From assembly GCA_037443035.1 (NCBI GenBank), contig JBBIPC010000032.1, positions 1 through 25,622 on the forward strand: a DNA stretch of 25,622 nucleotides. Direction: 5' to 3'. Positions 9,681 through 19,200 of this stretch are shown piece by piece. Position 1 is the stretch's first letter. Each line of letters opens with the position of its first letter. Under the pieces are notes generated by a model that ran no database searches, was not told the origin of the DNA, and saw only the letters and a program-made list of their open reading frames with translations. The position numbers and the translations under genes are program-made. The stretch comes from Chthonomonadales bacterium. Lineage in GTDB: Bacteria; Armatimonadota; Chthonomonadetes; Chthonomonadales; CAJBBX01.

Positions 9681-9858
9681 AACCCGCCTCCCATGCTTGC
9701 TCCTGAACTGAAGCCGCTGACAGCTCATCGTACCCGTTCCGTGCACTGCGGACCGCTGCACTGTGTCGGTTGCTGGCACCGCGTATGCTATTCAGGAAGC
9801 CTTCGGGGAAGGAGTGCTCACCCGTGGCACCGAACCGACACTCGGAGGAAGCCCGCGC

Positions 9859-11385
9859 ATGCCATCATTGTTTCACACTATATTGCCAGCAGTATGTCTG
9901 CTTATCTGCGCAAGCATGGTGCTTAGCGTACAGGACGCGGAAGCAGCGCCGCCCCTTCCTGAATGGGCGGAGCGCTTGTTTCCGTATACGGGAGTGCCCG
10001 ACAGACTGCAGCATCGTCTCCGTCGTATCGGCGGTTCAGCTCTGGAGGCGAACGGTAAGGAAGCCGCGGTTGTCGTCGTCGTGCTGCGGTACCCGGAGCT
10101 GGACGGTCGTGATGCCTTGGGCCAGGCGCGGATCTTCCTTCCGCCCGAGCTCCGTGAGAACCCCTCTCAGCGATTGCCCCTGATCCATAATGCCGGATAC
10201 GAGCTGGACGATGCGTCGGCAATTGGCCTTCTGGCCAGAGGCTATGTCATCAGTACGCCGCATGCACACTCGCTCAACCCTCTGGGGCGCAGCGTGAACC
10301 TCGATCGAGCCATTCTGCATGCCGCGTGCGGGCTGCCGTTTGTCCAACGACGCCACGTCTCCGTCCAAGGCGGCAGTGCTGGCGGTTGGATGACTCTCAT
10401 GCTCGCTGCGGATGCTTTCCCGCTCGTATGGGCCATGCCGGATGTGCCGCCCATCCACTGGGGGTTCAACGCTGCCTATATCGGCGAGCAGCAGCACCTC
10501 TCAGGACCGCCGCCGGGTTCCGATACCCCACGCATGCCTGTCCACCAGGTGGTCGGCCCCATCGCCGATCAATCGCGCAGCACCTATGGCGTACCTTTCG
10601 ACCACCCAACATACCTGGCAGTGTCTCCCCTAGCCCACCTGGACACGCTCACTGTTCCAACGCTCATGACGTTCTCGACCGCGGACATGCTCGTGCCCAT
10701 CGAACAGGTGGGGCGCAGTGTCGTCCGGCACCATGACCCAGGGGCGTTTCCGGATGGTTTCCGGTCGGATATCACAGCTCGTTTCCCGGGTGTTGGAGGC
10801 AAGCGGACACTCCTGGAGGTCCTTTCGCCGCGGACGAGCAAGCTCTTCGTCTTGCCTGCACCATCTGACATTCCGAGGTTGCGGCCCGACGGTTCCTTCG
10901 AAGGCAAGGCCCATCCGATCGTGCTACCCTTCGCACCGGATCGGACGCTAAGTATTGTCGTGCTGGACGAGGGGCCGAAGGAGCCCGATGTCGGTCACTT
11001 CAAGTACGCGTGGGCGTTGGACCACGAGCCCTTCCGGAAATGGGCCGAAGAAGAAGGCGTCAAGCCGAACCAGCTTACCAAGGCGAAGCTCGAGCGCCTG
11101 ATGAAGCGAGTGGTTGGCGAGCCATGGAAACCCATGACAATCCGCCCCGAGAAGGCGGCTAAGGAAATACCCGCGAACCAGCTAGACTATCCGGAGGCCG
11201 AGAGGCTCGACGTCGTCGTTGGGTTGCGTGCCTTCGCGGAAGATGATGCGTGCGCACGTCGGTTGTGGCAGCTCTACCGTTCGCTGCCGCGTCGCCTGAA
11301 GGTATTCGGCACTGCGCTGGGCGATGGCACACCGGCCAGCGTCCGCGCTGCGCTGGACCAGGTTGCCGCGGGACGACGAGGCTGA
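9859..11385 (+). CDS. Secreted alpha/beta-hydrolase fold protein (putative esterase/peptidase)
   Basis: GGAGG RBS before ATG 9859, signal peptide ending AEA-APP, nucleophile elbow VQGGSAGG, candidate acid in FSTADMLVP and candidate His in DVGHF. Confidence 0.7.
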   Translation: MPSLFHTILPAVCLLICASMVLSVQDAEAAPPLPEWAERLFPYTGVPDRLQHRLRRIGGSALEANGKEAAVVVVVLRYPELDGRDALGQARIFLPPELRENPSQRLPLIHNAGYELDDASAIGLLARGYVISTPHAHSLNPLGRSVNLDRAILHAACGLPFVQRRHVSVQGGSAGGWMTLMLAADAFPLVWAMPDVPPIHWGFNAAYIGEQQHLSGPPPGSDTPRMPVHQVVGPIADQSRSTYGVPFDHPTYLAVSPLAHLDTLTVPTLMTFSTADMLVPIEQVGRSVVRHHDPGAFPDGFRSDITARFPGVGGKRTLLEVLSPRTSKLFVLPAPSDIPRLRPDGSFEGKAHPIVLPFAPDRTLSIVVLDEGPKEPDVGHFKYAWALDHEPFRKWAEEEGVKPNQLTKAKLERLMKRVVGEPWKPMTIRPEKAAKEIPANQLDYPEAERLDVVVGLRAFAEDDACARRLWQLYRSLPRRLKVFGTALGDGTPASVRAALDQVAAGRRG

Positions 11386-11440
11386 AAGGTGGCATAGGTG
11401 AAGGGACTTGGAGCAGTTCAATCGCGTACGTATCCTAGGA

Positions 11441-11509
11441 GGGGATGCGCAGGACTTCGGACGCATTGCACCGAAGATCGAAGATAGTCCTACTTCTACT
11501 CGCATCCTT
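11441..11509 (+). other. Nested imperfect stem-loop in the leader of the Lon-N gene
   Basis: GGATGCG (11443-49) pairs with CGCATCC (11501-07), AGGACT (11451-56) with AGTCCT (11486-91), and TCGG (11457-60) with CCGA (11471-74). Confidence 0.45.
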
Positions 11510-11520
11510 GACGGAGCACG

Positions 11521-12195
11521 ATGAGCCGGTATCGCCTGCCGTTGTTTCCACTGAACACAGTCTTGTTTCCCAAGATGCCGTTACCGCTGCACGTCTTCGA
11601 GCAACGTTTCGTGGCTCTCATCGAACGGTGCATCGAAGATCGGTCGGAGTTCGGCATCGTCCTGGCCCGCGATCCTGATGAACGGGGCGATGATATCGCA
11701 CGCGTCGGTACGCGTGCGCGCCTCCACGCGGTCCAGAAGCTAGAGGAAGGTCGTTACAACGTCGTGGTCGTGGGCGGCGAGCGCTTCGCAGTGTTGGAGC
11801 GTGAGCGGATCGAAGCTGGCTACGACCTGGCTTTGGTCGAGACCGTGACCGACATGCCGGCGGATCCAGAGCACATCAGCAGCCTCGTGGAAGAGACCCG
11901 GAGGCTCTTCGCCGCCTATTTCGAAAAGCTCATGGGACGCATTGGACTGAAGTCCCTGCAATACGAGCTACCGGAGGATGCATCCGAGCTCTCGTTCGTC
12001 GTGGCAGCCGTCATCCAGCTTCCCAGCGAGCGTCGGCAACTCCTGCTTGAGATGACGAATACTCCGGAACGCCTGCAGCAAGAGATCACCTGGCTACAAC
12101 GCGGCATTCAGCAACTGGAGCCGGCCGATACCCGTGCTCAGATAGCTCGTCGGTTGGACCCTGCGCGGGCGCGCGAAGAGGTTTCGCGCAACTGA
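11521..12195 (+). CDS. Stand-alone LON peptidase N-terminal substrate-binding domain protein
   Basis: RLPLFPLNTVLFP..PLPLHVFEQRF, FGIVL, VGT.A, G.ERF and RQLLLE....ERL. There is no AAA+ or protease domain. GGAG RBS upstream. Confidence 0.92.
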   Translation: MSRYRLPLFPLNTVLFPKMPLPLHVFEQRFVALIERCIEDRSEFGIVLARDPDERGDDIARVGTRARLHAVQKLEEGRYNVVVVGGERFAVLERERIEAGYDLALVETVTDMPADPEHISSLVEETRRLFAAYFEKLMGRIGLKSLQYELPEDASELSFVVAAVIQLPSERRQLLLEMTNTPERLQQEITWLQRGIQQLEPADTRAQIARRLDPARAREEVSRN

Positions 12196-12228
12196 GACGT
12201 CGCGCCCGTGCGCATGGAGGTAAGAAGA

Positions 12229-12801
12229 TTGGAAAAGACATCCCTGGGACCAACGACATATCTGTGTCCCATGCCGGTGGCAGTGGTCGGCGCTCTGATC
12301 AATGACCGACCCAACTACATGGTCGCGACGTATTGTGGCATCGCGCAGCACGATCCCCCCATGGTGGCAGTGTCTCTTAACAAGATGCACTACACCAACG
12401 CTGGCATACGCAAGTCTGGTGCGTTTTCCATCAACCTTCCGTCCGTAGATCTGGTCGAACGAGTCGATCATTGTGGAATCGTTTCTGGGCGTACAGAGGA
12501 CAAGTCAGGATGCTTCACAACCTTCTACGGCACGCTCGGTAATGCTCCCATGGCGGCTGAATGTCCGCTGAATCTGGAGTGTCGGCTCGTGCTAGTTCTG
12601 GATCTGCTTGGTACGAACGAGCTGTTCCTGGGCGAAATCGTGGAGACGTATGCCAGCAGCGAATGTGTCAGCGACGGACGCATCGAGGTGGAGCGTCTGA
12701 ACATCCTCTCTTTCACTGTCGCGGACAACCAGTACAGGAAAGTCGGGCCGGCCATAGCCAAGGCGTGGGAAGTGGGACGCTGTCGCAAGCCACGCGACTA
12801 A
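12229..12801 (+). CDS. Flavin reductase-like (flavoredoxin family) FMN-binding protein
   Basis: PMPVAVVG, NYM, HYTN.GIR..G.FSIN.PS, CGIVSG...DKS, APM..ECPLNLEC and LFLGEIVE. Probable TTG start at 12229 after GGAGG (12216-12220); the ORF track starts at 12208. Confidence 0.9.
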   Translation: MEKTSLGPTTYLCPMPVAVVGALINDRPNYMVATYCGIAQHDPPMVAVSLNKMHYTNAGIRKSGAFSINLPSVDLVERVDHCGIVSGRTEDKSGCFTTFYGTLGNAPMAAECPLNLECRLVLVLDLLGTNELFLGEIVETYASSECVSDGRIEVERLNILSFTVADNQYRKVGPAIAKAWEVGRCRKPRD

Positions 12802-12811
12802 GGAGGACAGC

Positions 12812-14341
12812 ATGCGGTACTTGCTAGGTGTGGACGTCGGCACGAGCGGCACGAAAGCACTCCTCATGGACGAAGCCGGCGCCATTGTCGCGCGCGCAAC
12901 TGAGGAGTACCCGCTCTACTCACCCCGCCCGCTCTGGTCCGAGCAAGAGCCTGACGACTGGTGGCATGCTACGTGCGCCGCCATACGGAAGGTGCTCGCC
13001 AACTCGGGAGTTCAGGCATCGGATGTCGCCGGTGTAGGACTCTCCGGTCAGATGCACGGAGCCGTCTTTCTGGGCGAGGGCGACGTCGTGCTGCGCAGGG
13101 CCATTCTGTGGAACGACCAGCGGACACAGGCCGAGTGCGACTGGATAACCCAAACGATCGGCCCAGACCGTGTGGTGGAGCTGACGTTGAACCCCGTGCT
13201 CACGGGCTTCACCGCTGGCAAGATCGTATGGGTGCGTAGGAACGAGCCCGACGTCTACAACAAGACGCGCAAGGTCCTACTGCCCAAAGACTTCATTCGC
13301 CTCCGCCTAACCGGGGAGTATGCCACCGAAGTCTCGGACGCTTCGGGAACCTCCCTCTTGGACGTCAGGCACCGGCGCTGGTCCGACGAGATGCTCGACG
13401 GCTGCGAGATACCGCGGGACTGGATGCCGCGCGTCTATGAGTCACCGGAGATCACGGGGCGGATCACGGCAACTGCAGCAGAGGTAACGGGGCTCGTGGA
13501 AGGGACGCCTGTCGTTGGCGGTGGTGGCGACCAGGCGGCCGGGGCCGTGGGCAATGGTATCGTAGAGACCGGCATTGTTTCCTCGACGGTGGGCACATCT
13601 GGCGTCGTCTTCGCGTTCGCCGACGAGCCGCTCTGCGACCCTGGCCTCCGTCTCCACACGTTCTGTCATGCGGTCCCGGGCAAGTGGCACCTCATGGGTG
13701 TCATGCTCTCCGCTGGTGGATCCTTGCAGTGGTACCGCGACACGTTCTGCGCAGAAGAGAAAGCTCAGGCTGCGGCTGCAGGCAAGGATCCGTACGAACT
13801 GATCACCGCTGCAGCCGAACAGGCGCCCGTGGGCTGCGAAGGCCTAGTGTTCCTGCCCTACTTGACCGGCGAACGAACGCCCCATGCAGACCCCCACGCA
13901 CGAGGCGTGTTCTTCGGCATCACGCGACGCTGCTCCAAGGCGTACTTCGCCCGCGCGATCATGGAGGGGGTGGCCTTCGGCCTGCGAGACTCGTTCGAGA
14001 TTATGCGACAGATGCGCCTTCCCATCGGCCAGGTTCGTGCTTCCGGAGGAGGAGCGCGCAGCCAGCTATGGCGCCAGATACAGACCGATGTGACGAACCT
14101 CCCTCACTGCATTATCAACGTAGATGAGGGGCCGGCTCTCGGTGTAGCCCTCCTGGCTGGGGTTGGTACTGGCATCTACTCCAGCGTCCCCGAGGCATGT
14201 CAGCAAGTGATTCGCGTCGTCGGGACCACCCAAGTGTGCCCCGTGAACCGCGTGGCATACGACAGATTTTACGCCGTCTACCGCAGCCTGTACCCAAAGC
14301 TGAAGGACGTCTTCGCAGAAGTCAGTCAGATCGTCGCATGA
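12812..14341 (+). CDS. xylB: Xylulokinase (FGGY carbohydrate kinase)
   Basis: LGVDVGTSGTK, GLSGQMHG, ILWNDQRT, LLPKDFIR, SDASGT, GGGDQAAGA, FCHAVPG.W, LPYLTGERTP and SGGGARS. AAGGAGG RBS. Confidence 0.93.
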   Translation: MRYLLGVDVGTSGTKALLMDEAGAIVARATEEYPLYSPRPLWSEQEPDDWWHATCAAIRKVLANSGVQASDVAGVGLSGQMHGAVFLGEGDVVLRRAILWNDQRTQAECDWITQTIGPDRVVELTLNPVLTGFTAGKIVWVRRNEPDVYNKTRKVLLPKDFIRLRLTGEYATEVSDASGTSLLDVRHRRWSDEMLDGCEIPRDWMPRVYESPEITGRITATAAEVTGLVEGTPVVGGGGDQAAGAVGNGIVETGIVSSTVGTSGVVFAFADEPLCDPGLRLHTFCHAVPGKWHLMGVMLSAGGSLQWYRDTFCAEEKAQAAAAGKDPYELITAAAEQAPVGCEGLVFLPYLTGERTPHADPHARGVFFGITRRCSKAYFARAIMEGVAFGLRDSFEIMRQMRLPIGQVRASGGGARSQLWRQIQTDVTNLPHCIINVDEGPALGVALLAGVGTGIYSSVPEACQQVIRVVGTTQVCPVNRVAYDRFYAVYRSLYPKLKDVFAEVSQIVA

Positions 14342-14898
14342 GCACTGCGCTGTCGGGCATACGGGAGGTAGTACCGACCGGCGAGTTCGTGATCCTCGAC
14401 ACTGAGACCACCGGCATCGGCTACCGGGCGGAAATCGTCCAGATAGCCATCGTGGACGCTGAAGGAAACGCACTGCTGGACAGCTACGTGCAACCAACCT
14501 GTCGGATTCCCCCGGACGCCACGGCGATCCACGGCATCAACGACTCCATGGTGGAGCATGCCCCAACCATTGTGGATCTCGAGCCCGCCATAAGAAACGC
14601 TCTCGAGAACCGTACAGTCATCATCTATAACGCCGAGTACGACATGCGTCTCCTGAAGCAGTCGTCCTGGGCAAGAGGCCGTTCCGTTGTCTGGCGGGAC
14701 ATTCCTCGCCGATGGCTATGCGCCATGCTTGCGTACGCCGAACATCGCGGCGAGCCGGGCCGCACATACGGGGAATACCGCTGGCACAGGTTAGAAGCAG
14801 CGGCGCGTTACGAGGGCATTGCCTGCACAGCAAGCCACTCAGCTCTCGGCGACTGCCTGACAACGCTGGAGCTCGTCAGGAGGCTGGCCGGTTTGTAG
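14338..14898 (+). CDS. DEDDh 3'-5' exonuclease (DnaQ-like, stand-alone)
   Basis: Exo I ILDTETTG, IHGI, Exo II YNAEYD and Exo III HSALGDC. ATG 14338 overlaps the xylB TGA (ATGA). Confidence 0.9.
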   Translation: MSTALSGIREVVPTGEFVILDTETTGIGYRAEIVQIAIVDAEGNALLDSYVQPTCRIPPDATAIHGINDSMVEHAPTIVDLEPAIRNALENRTVIIYNAEYDMRLLKQSSWARGRSVVWRDIPRRWLCAMLAYAEHRGEPGRTYGEYRWHRLEAAARYEGIACTASHSALGDCLTTLELVRRLAGL

Positions 14899-14941
14899 GA
14901 GGTAAGATCCACGAGCCGAGCGCGTCGGAGCGTGGCTCGTC

Positions 14942-14950
14942 TGCTACACT
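14942..14950 (+). promoter_or_regulatory. Candidate extended -10 promoter (TGcTACACT) for a leaderless nucleotidyltransferase mRNA
   Basis: TG-n-TACACT ends 6 nt before GTG 14957, and there is no Shine-Dalgarno at normal spacing. Confidence 0.5.
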
Positions 14951-14956
14951 GCCCTC

Positions 14957-16231
14957 GTGAAGACCACTCTGGCTGGAGTACCGGCCGATCTCCGACCGGC
15001 GCTGTACCTGCGCGCTGTATCCATCCTAGAGGGACCGTGCGATGCGGAAGAAGTCGCCCTCGAGGAGGAATTCGGTTCGCTGATCTTAGGCAATGACCAG
15101 GCGCGATCCGAACTGCAGTGCATTTCGTCCGTTCTGCGGACCCAACGGCTGGCGGCGCTGGCGATCAAAGGTACCGCGCACCTCATACGATTCCGCCAGT
15201 GGCCGCTACCACGAGCACTCAGCGATCTCGACTTGATCGTGCACCAGCCTGATGCAGCCGCGGTTCTCGAATGCCTGAACAGGATTGGCTACGTGGTGGA
15301 GGAGTGGAACAGCCCGGAGGACACCTTCCTTCACCTGTATGAGGGTCCGGGGCTCCGCCTGTTGCGCTCGGGATCGCTTCCTGTGGACCTGCAGATACGT
15401 CTTCCCGGCTTAGGAGCCAGTCCGCTTGCCGAGGAGGAGGCGTGGGTGGCTGCATGCTCTCCAGACGGCGACGAGGCTCGCCACGGGGTGCTTCTCCTCC
15501 ATCCGATGCACGAGCTGCTGCTGGCCATGGCGCATCTTGCCAAGCACCTAGAACCGCCGCTGCGTCCCTCGCCCAAGTGGATCACCGATATGCTCATGCT
15601 CGTGTACGCTCGGACGCATGGGGATGTACCACCATTACTGCCGCCGATCGAAGGCCAGAGCCTGGAAGCGAAGCTCGAAAGGCTGGAGCGCTGGGATCTC
15701 TTCTGGCCAGTCGCACCCCTAGACGCTCGAGGCGAGTCTCGTCCGCCGGATCAGCCAGCACTGTGGACGTGGGACGACTTCTGGGCCACTGCTCGGCGAT
15801 GGGACATCGAGGCGTCCGCCGGCGCCATCGCTGTGACGCTCAACGCGCATTGGCAGACGGCCATACCATCGGTACCGGACGGATCCGAGGCGATACCCTT
15901 GGAGAGGCTCGCTGCGGCAGACGATGCATTCGATCTGGCAGCCGCATCCACGGTGCCACGGGATTATCTCCGTCGTGCGATCCAGGTGCGCACTCTTCCG
16001 GGCGTTCGGGCCAAGCTTCGCTACATTGGGAGATTGGTCTTTCCCACCGCCAGCAATCTCCGGCGACGTTACCAGCTCGCAGAAAACGCCTTTCTGCCCC
16101 CACACTACGCACGCCACCTGGTGAACACCGCCCGCAAGTTCCTGCGGGGGTTAGTGGCGATGCTGCTACTGCGGATCAGGCGCGTCCGAGCGCTTACTTC
16201 ATCTTCCCCGCCGCAGGAACGATGGAGGTGA
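14957..16231 (+). CDS. Uncharacterised nucleotidyltransferase family protein (NTP_transf_5-like)
   Basis: LAIKG.......R.LSDLDLIV (pol-beta superfamily hG/DxD), VDLQ.R, then a helical C-terminal region with LL.MAH..KH and KW.TD. Confidence 0.75.
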   Translation: MKTTLAGVPADLRPALYLRAVSILEGPCDAEEVALEEEFGSLILGNDQARSELQCISSVLRTQRLAALAIKGTAHLIRFRQWPLPRALSDLDLIVHQPDAAAVLECLNRIGYVVEEWNSPEDTFLHLYEGPGLRLLRSGSLPVDLQIRLPGLGASPLAEEEAWVAACSPDGDEARHGVLLLHPMHELLLAMAHLAKHLEPPLRPSPKWITDMLMLVYARTHGDVPPLLPPIEGQSLEAKLERLERWDLFWPVAPLDARGESRPPDQPALWTWDDFWATARRWDIEASAGAIAVTLNAHWQTAIPSVPDGSEAIPLERLAAADDAFDLAAASTVPRDYLRRAIQVRTLPGVRAKLRYIGRLVFPTASNLRRRYQLAENAFLPPHYARHLVNTARKFLRGLVAMLLLRIRRVRALTSSSPPQERWR

Positions 16232-19200
16232 ACTCTATTCGTTCGCCTTCGTTGCCGAAATAGCCGCCCCATCCGATGGCGATACCAGTAATCGCCGACC
16301 AATCCAGAGGTCCGGCAGGTCCGGCAGAGAATGGGGCATGGGCGAAGTTGCTCAGCGGCAGGACGATGTTGGACTTTCCCGGAGCCCCCAGGCTGATGCC
16401 GGTCTCCGCCCAGTATTGCACTCCACGCCGGTCGGTCACGATGACGAGCAATTGCGGAGCGGCCGGCTGGCCGTCGGGAATGATCACGGTGAACCGCAAG
16501 AACGCTTCGCGTGAGAGATCCAGCGCTGGCTCGTACTGCAGCATCAAGAACAGGTGGCAGTCCACATTGCTCTTCCTCACGCGACCCGCCACGCGCCATT
16601 GCGAGGAGCCACCCACCGGCTCACCGTGCTCCTCATGGACACTGCCTTCCACAAACTGACCCGCTCCATGGGAGACGCGTGTGGGTTCGAGACGGCGGAA
16701 GCTCAGCTGGCTGGCTAGATCTGCACTGGGCTTGCGCAGTTGCCGTTCTCTAACCCGAGCGAATGTTAGGAAGACCCCGGCGTACGGCTGGAGCGCCACG
16801 GGGACTCGGGAGGAGTCTGCCACGACGGAACGCCTGCCAGTCAGAGGGTCCCATTTCTGGCCAGCGCCCATCGCCGCGACTTTCACGAGTCCCTGCCACA
16901 TCTTGTCGCTGTCATTGATGAGGAAGTAGACCTCGCGACCATGGACGCGACGATGAGTCACCCGCAGTGGAGCGGCCGATTCCGCAACAGAGACGTCGGG
17001 TTCCAGCAGATTGCGCAACACGTACGGCAGCATGTGCTCGGTACCTTCTGGCAGATACACTCCCACACCGCCTGTCGCACTTCTGTGCTGACGCATTCCA
17101 TCTCCCCTGCCGAACACTCGCTCTGCGACCTTCCGGACAGCAGCCGAAGGGTAGTCCTTCTCAGAGTTGGCGGGAAGCGCCGCCAGAGCGATCAGTACTC
17201 CGCCGCTCCTGACGAACGCATCGAGCTTCTGCCAAGCGGCCAGTGGGAGGGTGTCCGTACGCGGCAGTATTACGACTCGCCACCGAAGATTCCCATGCAC
17301 AAGATAGCCCTTACTGACCGTGGAGTCGACGATCGCCTTGCTGTCGACATAGGTGAAGTCCCGCTGCGCCCTGAAGAGCGTTTCGGAGGCGCTCCTGAAA
17401 GCAGTCTCCACCTTGAGCGCCGCACCAGCCTCCGAAACCATGTGGCGCGATGGTCGGAACCTCACCCAGGCGCTCTCCACGGGGTAGAGAACGGCGATGT
17501 CCGCTACCTGATGGCCACCCGCGAGCATCGTGCAGCACCGTCCTACGTATTCGTTGAGGCGTCGCAGTTGCGCACCAGAAAGGTCGAGAAACCGGTAGTA
17601 GCTCGTTATCGTGTTGATGCCGCCGAGCATCAGCCTATTGCAGGTGCCTCGGATTTCGCCTTCCGTCACCACGCGTATGGGCCGCGTGTCGCCTTCACTC
17701 CGCCAGACCTGCACATGGTCCGAGGTCTCGCACATTGTCACGGTTCGACCCTCCAAGTCCGCCACGCTTCCGATCATCCGGGCTATGTGCCATGGCACCT
17801 CGGACGGTATGCTGGTCAGGCAGTCGATACTGGGAGCGTCCAGCCTACGCACGCACCGGAAGAAATCGCCGTAGAGCGGCACATGCATGGTGAGCCCCTC
17901 CTCTAGGAGCAGGTGTCCACCGGAGAGGATGTGGTGCCGGCTGCACCACTGCTGGATCTGGCCGAAGAAGTTCCCCGATACCAACTCTGAGACTGTCCGC
18001 CAGAAATCGTAGCGAGCCTTCTCCGCCGCAGGCCCTTGGCCGTCCGCAAGCAGAGGCAGTATGTCCCGCAGGTCGTACCCGCGGCGTCTGCGGAACTCGG
18101 CTTCGAGGTTCTGACTCCAGGGAAGCACGCGGTAGGGCATGGGCCTAAGATAGAGGCTCATGAGCGACGGTTCGTCTGTGAACGTGCTGACAAAGCACTT
18201 GCCCAGATCGTTCCCCAAACGCCTGGCGTACGCATCATGTGTCAGCTCGAGGAATCGCGCCGTCGGTTCTGGCTGCAGCAGATTGATATAGGGAAGCTTA
18301 TCACCCAGGCTGTTCGCGGCGTGGGTGCCTTCGTAGATAGCGTCTTCTGTGATGACCATGGCATGCCACCGTCCAGGCCGCGGTGGCAACCAGTGGACGT
18401 GGCCATTCTCCACCGTCAGAGGAACCGCCCGCTGCCGATCGAGGACGCCATTCGTCACAGGATAGGCGGCTGACAGCAAGATGCGCCCCGGCGGGACCGC
18501 GAAGTCCACCGATTCCCCATTCGTCATGGCATCCGAGATGAGCATGCCGCGTGCAGCCCAGTCCGGATGTCCTTGCATGGTCAGTCCGCCAGCCGTACCC
18601 GACGGATACCCCTTCTCGTCGTAAAGCCACAGGGACATGCCGGCCTTCTTGGCCTCTCCCACTGCCCTGACGAAAGCCCTCCAATGCTCCTCGCTCCTGA
18701 GATACTGATCGAAGGAGACGTTACATACCACTCCGCCGAAGCCCTGAGAAGCAAGCGTGCGAATCAAGGCGTCCTGATCTTCTGGTCGGTCGGGCCAGTT
18801 GTGAATGATCTTCAGAATGCGAGACCGGGCAGGCGGATTCATGAACAGTTTCTCCGGCGGCCGTTTCTCGTCAGCGAGACGGACAGGAGCTGTCAGCATC
18901 TCCTCCGGCACCAGATACACGTTCGGACCCATCATGCCTCCCGGACCTCCTCCGTCGGTGACGCGCACGGCAATGGTATTCGCTTCTCCCGGCTTTACCA
19001 GACCGGGCGATATCTTGTAGCTTCGCTGGACAAGGACCGCTTGCGTCCGCGTGATGGGTGTCTCGCCCACCAGCACGCCATTGACGTAGGTTCGGTCGGC
19101 ATCGTCCACGCTGCCCAAGTGGAGCACGAGCCGCTTACCGGCCCACGATCGCGGCACAACGAACCGCCTCCTGTACCAAGCCACGCCGTCGTAGTCCGTC

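Noticed and set aside
9681..9858. Overlapping N-terminal extensions of the two divergent ORFs in the track (starts 9779 and 9763)
   Set aside because: Downstream ATGs at 9680 and 9859 have good SDs and give clean signal peptides, so this region is intergenic.
11445..11678. 77-aa ORF preceded by AGGAGG
   Set aside because: The SD is only 1 nt from the ATG, the ORF overlaps the Lon-N gene out of frame, and it has no protein-like features.
14338..16231. DEDDh exonuclease plus nucleotidyltransferase as a defence (CBASS-like or toxin-antitoxin) system
   Set aside because: The transferase has KG/SDLD motifs of the NTP_transf_5 type rather than CD-NTase or MNT-HEPN features. No effector or mobile context is present, and the genes appear separately transcribed.
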